From Gemmatimonadota bacterium (GTDB lineage Bacteria > JBHIER01 > G020348925), in contig CP070758.1 of the NCBI GenBank assembly GCA_020348925.1, positions 1,444,469 through 1,508,468 of the forward strand: a DNA stretch of 64,000 bases, written 5' to 3'. The notes under the pieces were generated by a model. It did not search any database. It saw only the letters and a program-made list of their open reading frames with translations, and was not told the DNA's origin. Shown piece by piece: positions 61,985 to 64,000 of this stretch. The position numbers and the translations under genes are program-made. Positions within the stretch are counted from its first letter, which is position 1. Each line of letters starts with the position of its first letter.

Positions 61985-64000
61985 ACCATCCAGAACACTG
62001 CCAGGACAGCCTTCAAACTCGATCTGATAGGTGATATCGAAGAAGCTGTCGATATGATACAACCCGCCGCCAAGATCTGTTATGGTCGTCTGGCCCGGAC
62101 TCGGCAGACCTAAATCTGTACCACCTCTCACTCTGAATGTGCAGAAATCCGGATCCCCGAAGAGTTCCCCCTGGAGGCGATACATGTCGGCCGGAAAAGT
62201 CTGCACAGGATCGCCCGGAACCCGCGGTCCGGTGTGGACCTCGCAGAAAACCGGAAGAACGGCGAGATGCCGGTTGAATCCAGCAAGGTCACCGGTCCCA
62301 TGAAGAGTCAAATCCAGGGTTGCCTCGAAACAATGGCCGTCACCGCCTAAAGAACCACCGCTCGTCTCGCATTCTCCCGGAGCAAGTGGCAAAGTACAGT
62401 TAGGATCGTCGTTACAGAGAAAATCCTCGAGAATACCCGGCCCCTCGATCGTGCTTCCGGGGGGAAGCCCGTCGATGATCTGCCACAGCTCGTCAGGTGA
62501 TGCATACTGGCAATCCATGGGAGGCAGTGTTGCCGTACCCGTACCATTATCATCGACAATACAGGGACCACCGACTCCCTCAGAGATATCAATACGACAG
62601 TCCTCCTCAGAAACGCATTCGCACTCAGTGACCGTAACATTCTCTGCGTTGAAATCCAAGTTCACGCACTTCGGACGGCACTCCTCGTCAGGGTTCGGAC
62701 AGGGTATGTCCTTGCAGCCCTGACCGTCCGGTGTCGGCCCGCACTCGGCTTGACCCAAAATGACAAAGGCCAGATCGAGGGAGCGACTGCATTTGTGGGT
62801 GATGGTCCCTTCGATCGATAGGTTCGTTCCCCTGACATCGATGGAGACCCATTCGGGATTATAATCGTGAATCTCAAAAATAATATCCTCATAAAACTTT
62901 CCCTCAGGAACCCCATCATCAACGAGGATCTCGCGACCGATGTACAGCGCTTCTTCCTCAGGCGTGAGGGGTGGCAGAGGCGGTTCACGGTTCTCACCCG
63001 GCGGATTCCCCACCAGAGACCATTCCGGGGTGGACCAGTTCACGGCAACCTGAAATTCAGCTCCCGGTCCCCATGGTTCTGCACCGAAGGTAATGGATAT
63101 ATCCTTGCGCCCCTCAACGTAGGGATGGTCGTAAAACCATATGTTCCACCAGTTCGTATTCGGGTACTCATACCATCCCAAGCCGAAGTAATCCGTCCCG
63201 CCGCCCCCGTCGAAACTTCCATCCGGGTTGAAAGCGACGCTGAAATCATTGACAATGGGCACAGAAGGCTCCCACAGTTCCACCCAGTGAAACTCCACCT
63301 GCCAATCCTCTCCGCAGACCGCATCATCATTCCAGCGATCCAGCGACGACTTCCAGCCCCAAATCGCACCACCATTTTGAGCCACAACGGCAGAAATGCT
63401 CAGCCAGTAAACGGTCCCTTCCTGTTGAATGAAGGGATCTGCAATCTCTTGTATTTTATACTCGTAGTACCCCTGATGGTCCTGTAGGTTGAGAGAGGTT
63501 CCACTGCAGGGCCTGTACCACCCCTGCATCTCCAAAGATTTGACAGGATAGACACTAAACTGGCCGAGAGAGAACGTCCTCTCCCACAGCAAATCCCCCG
63601 GCCGGCTGTGCATAATTTCAGCAGCGGGATTGACCGGAATATCGGCATATATTCTTACAATGAATTCTGAGATTATACCGACGCTGCCTCCCTCCCACGA
63701 GCCCCAGAATTGGATCGCCTCGACCGCTCCTGTTTTCGTACAGAGCCAGTCATCCGCCAGCAGGTTGCCCGTGGCATCCACAGCCCAGCCCGACGGGTTC
63801 GGCATCTGGGGAAAGTGCATCTTGGGATCGTACCAGATCGCAGTGGCGGTCCCGTATGCGGCAAAGGCAATCTCGAGCACCTCACCGGCCACGGGTTCCA
63901 CCACACCAATCTCCGTCAGAGGGATCTCAAACTCGTAGACTTTGTGCTCATAGGCCGCCCGGCTCGTATACGTGAAGCCCGGCACCCCCCATTCCTGCTC
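61985..64000 (-). CDS. Internal fragment of a large extracellular protein (acidic, Trp/Cys-rich domains); open at both ends
   Basis: Frame is open to 64000 (EQEWGVPG...) and into the gap; 'LADDWLCTKTG....IQFWGSW' and 'YHIDSFFDITYQIEF' segments. Confidence 0.75.

Noticed and set aside
61742-63985. 747-aa ORF as one complete protein
   Set aside because: Its C-terminus is an artefact of translating across Ns; the true gene is open at both ends

Overview
Scaffolded bacterial window (N gaps at 5225-5324 and 61885-61984). The gene content (porins, lipoproteins, many dockerin and 'NYPNPFN' FlgD/T9SS-like C-termini) suggests a diderm FCB-related candidate lineage such as KSB1/Latescibacterota; this is inference only. 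Contents: (1) 1-14.8 kb, large secreted modular proteins plus a probable selenoprotein thioredoxin-TPR lipoprotein (in-frame UGA, UxxC, SECIS-like hairpin) coupled to gcvPB. (2) rnz, then a 14-kb phosphate cluster: DUF47-pit, frameshifted phoB, phoR, porin/small binding protein/histidine kinase, then Pho box-porin-pstS-arsC-pstCAB-phoU. (3) A Tat-signal ferredoxin with an AOR-family oxidoreductase. (4) A sigma-54 two-component pair facing a complete sigma-54 promoter ahead of an MFP, two ABC ATPases and seven tandem dockerin-bearing secreted proteins (2 FG-GAP, 2 S41, beta-helix, M28, M14). Ten complete or near-complete ORFs carry dockerin-like domains and two also carry cohesin-like domains, suggesting a cellulosome-like, protease-rich extracellular complex. 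No rRNA, tRNA, CRISPR or mobile element was recognised.
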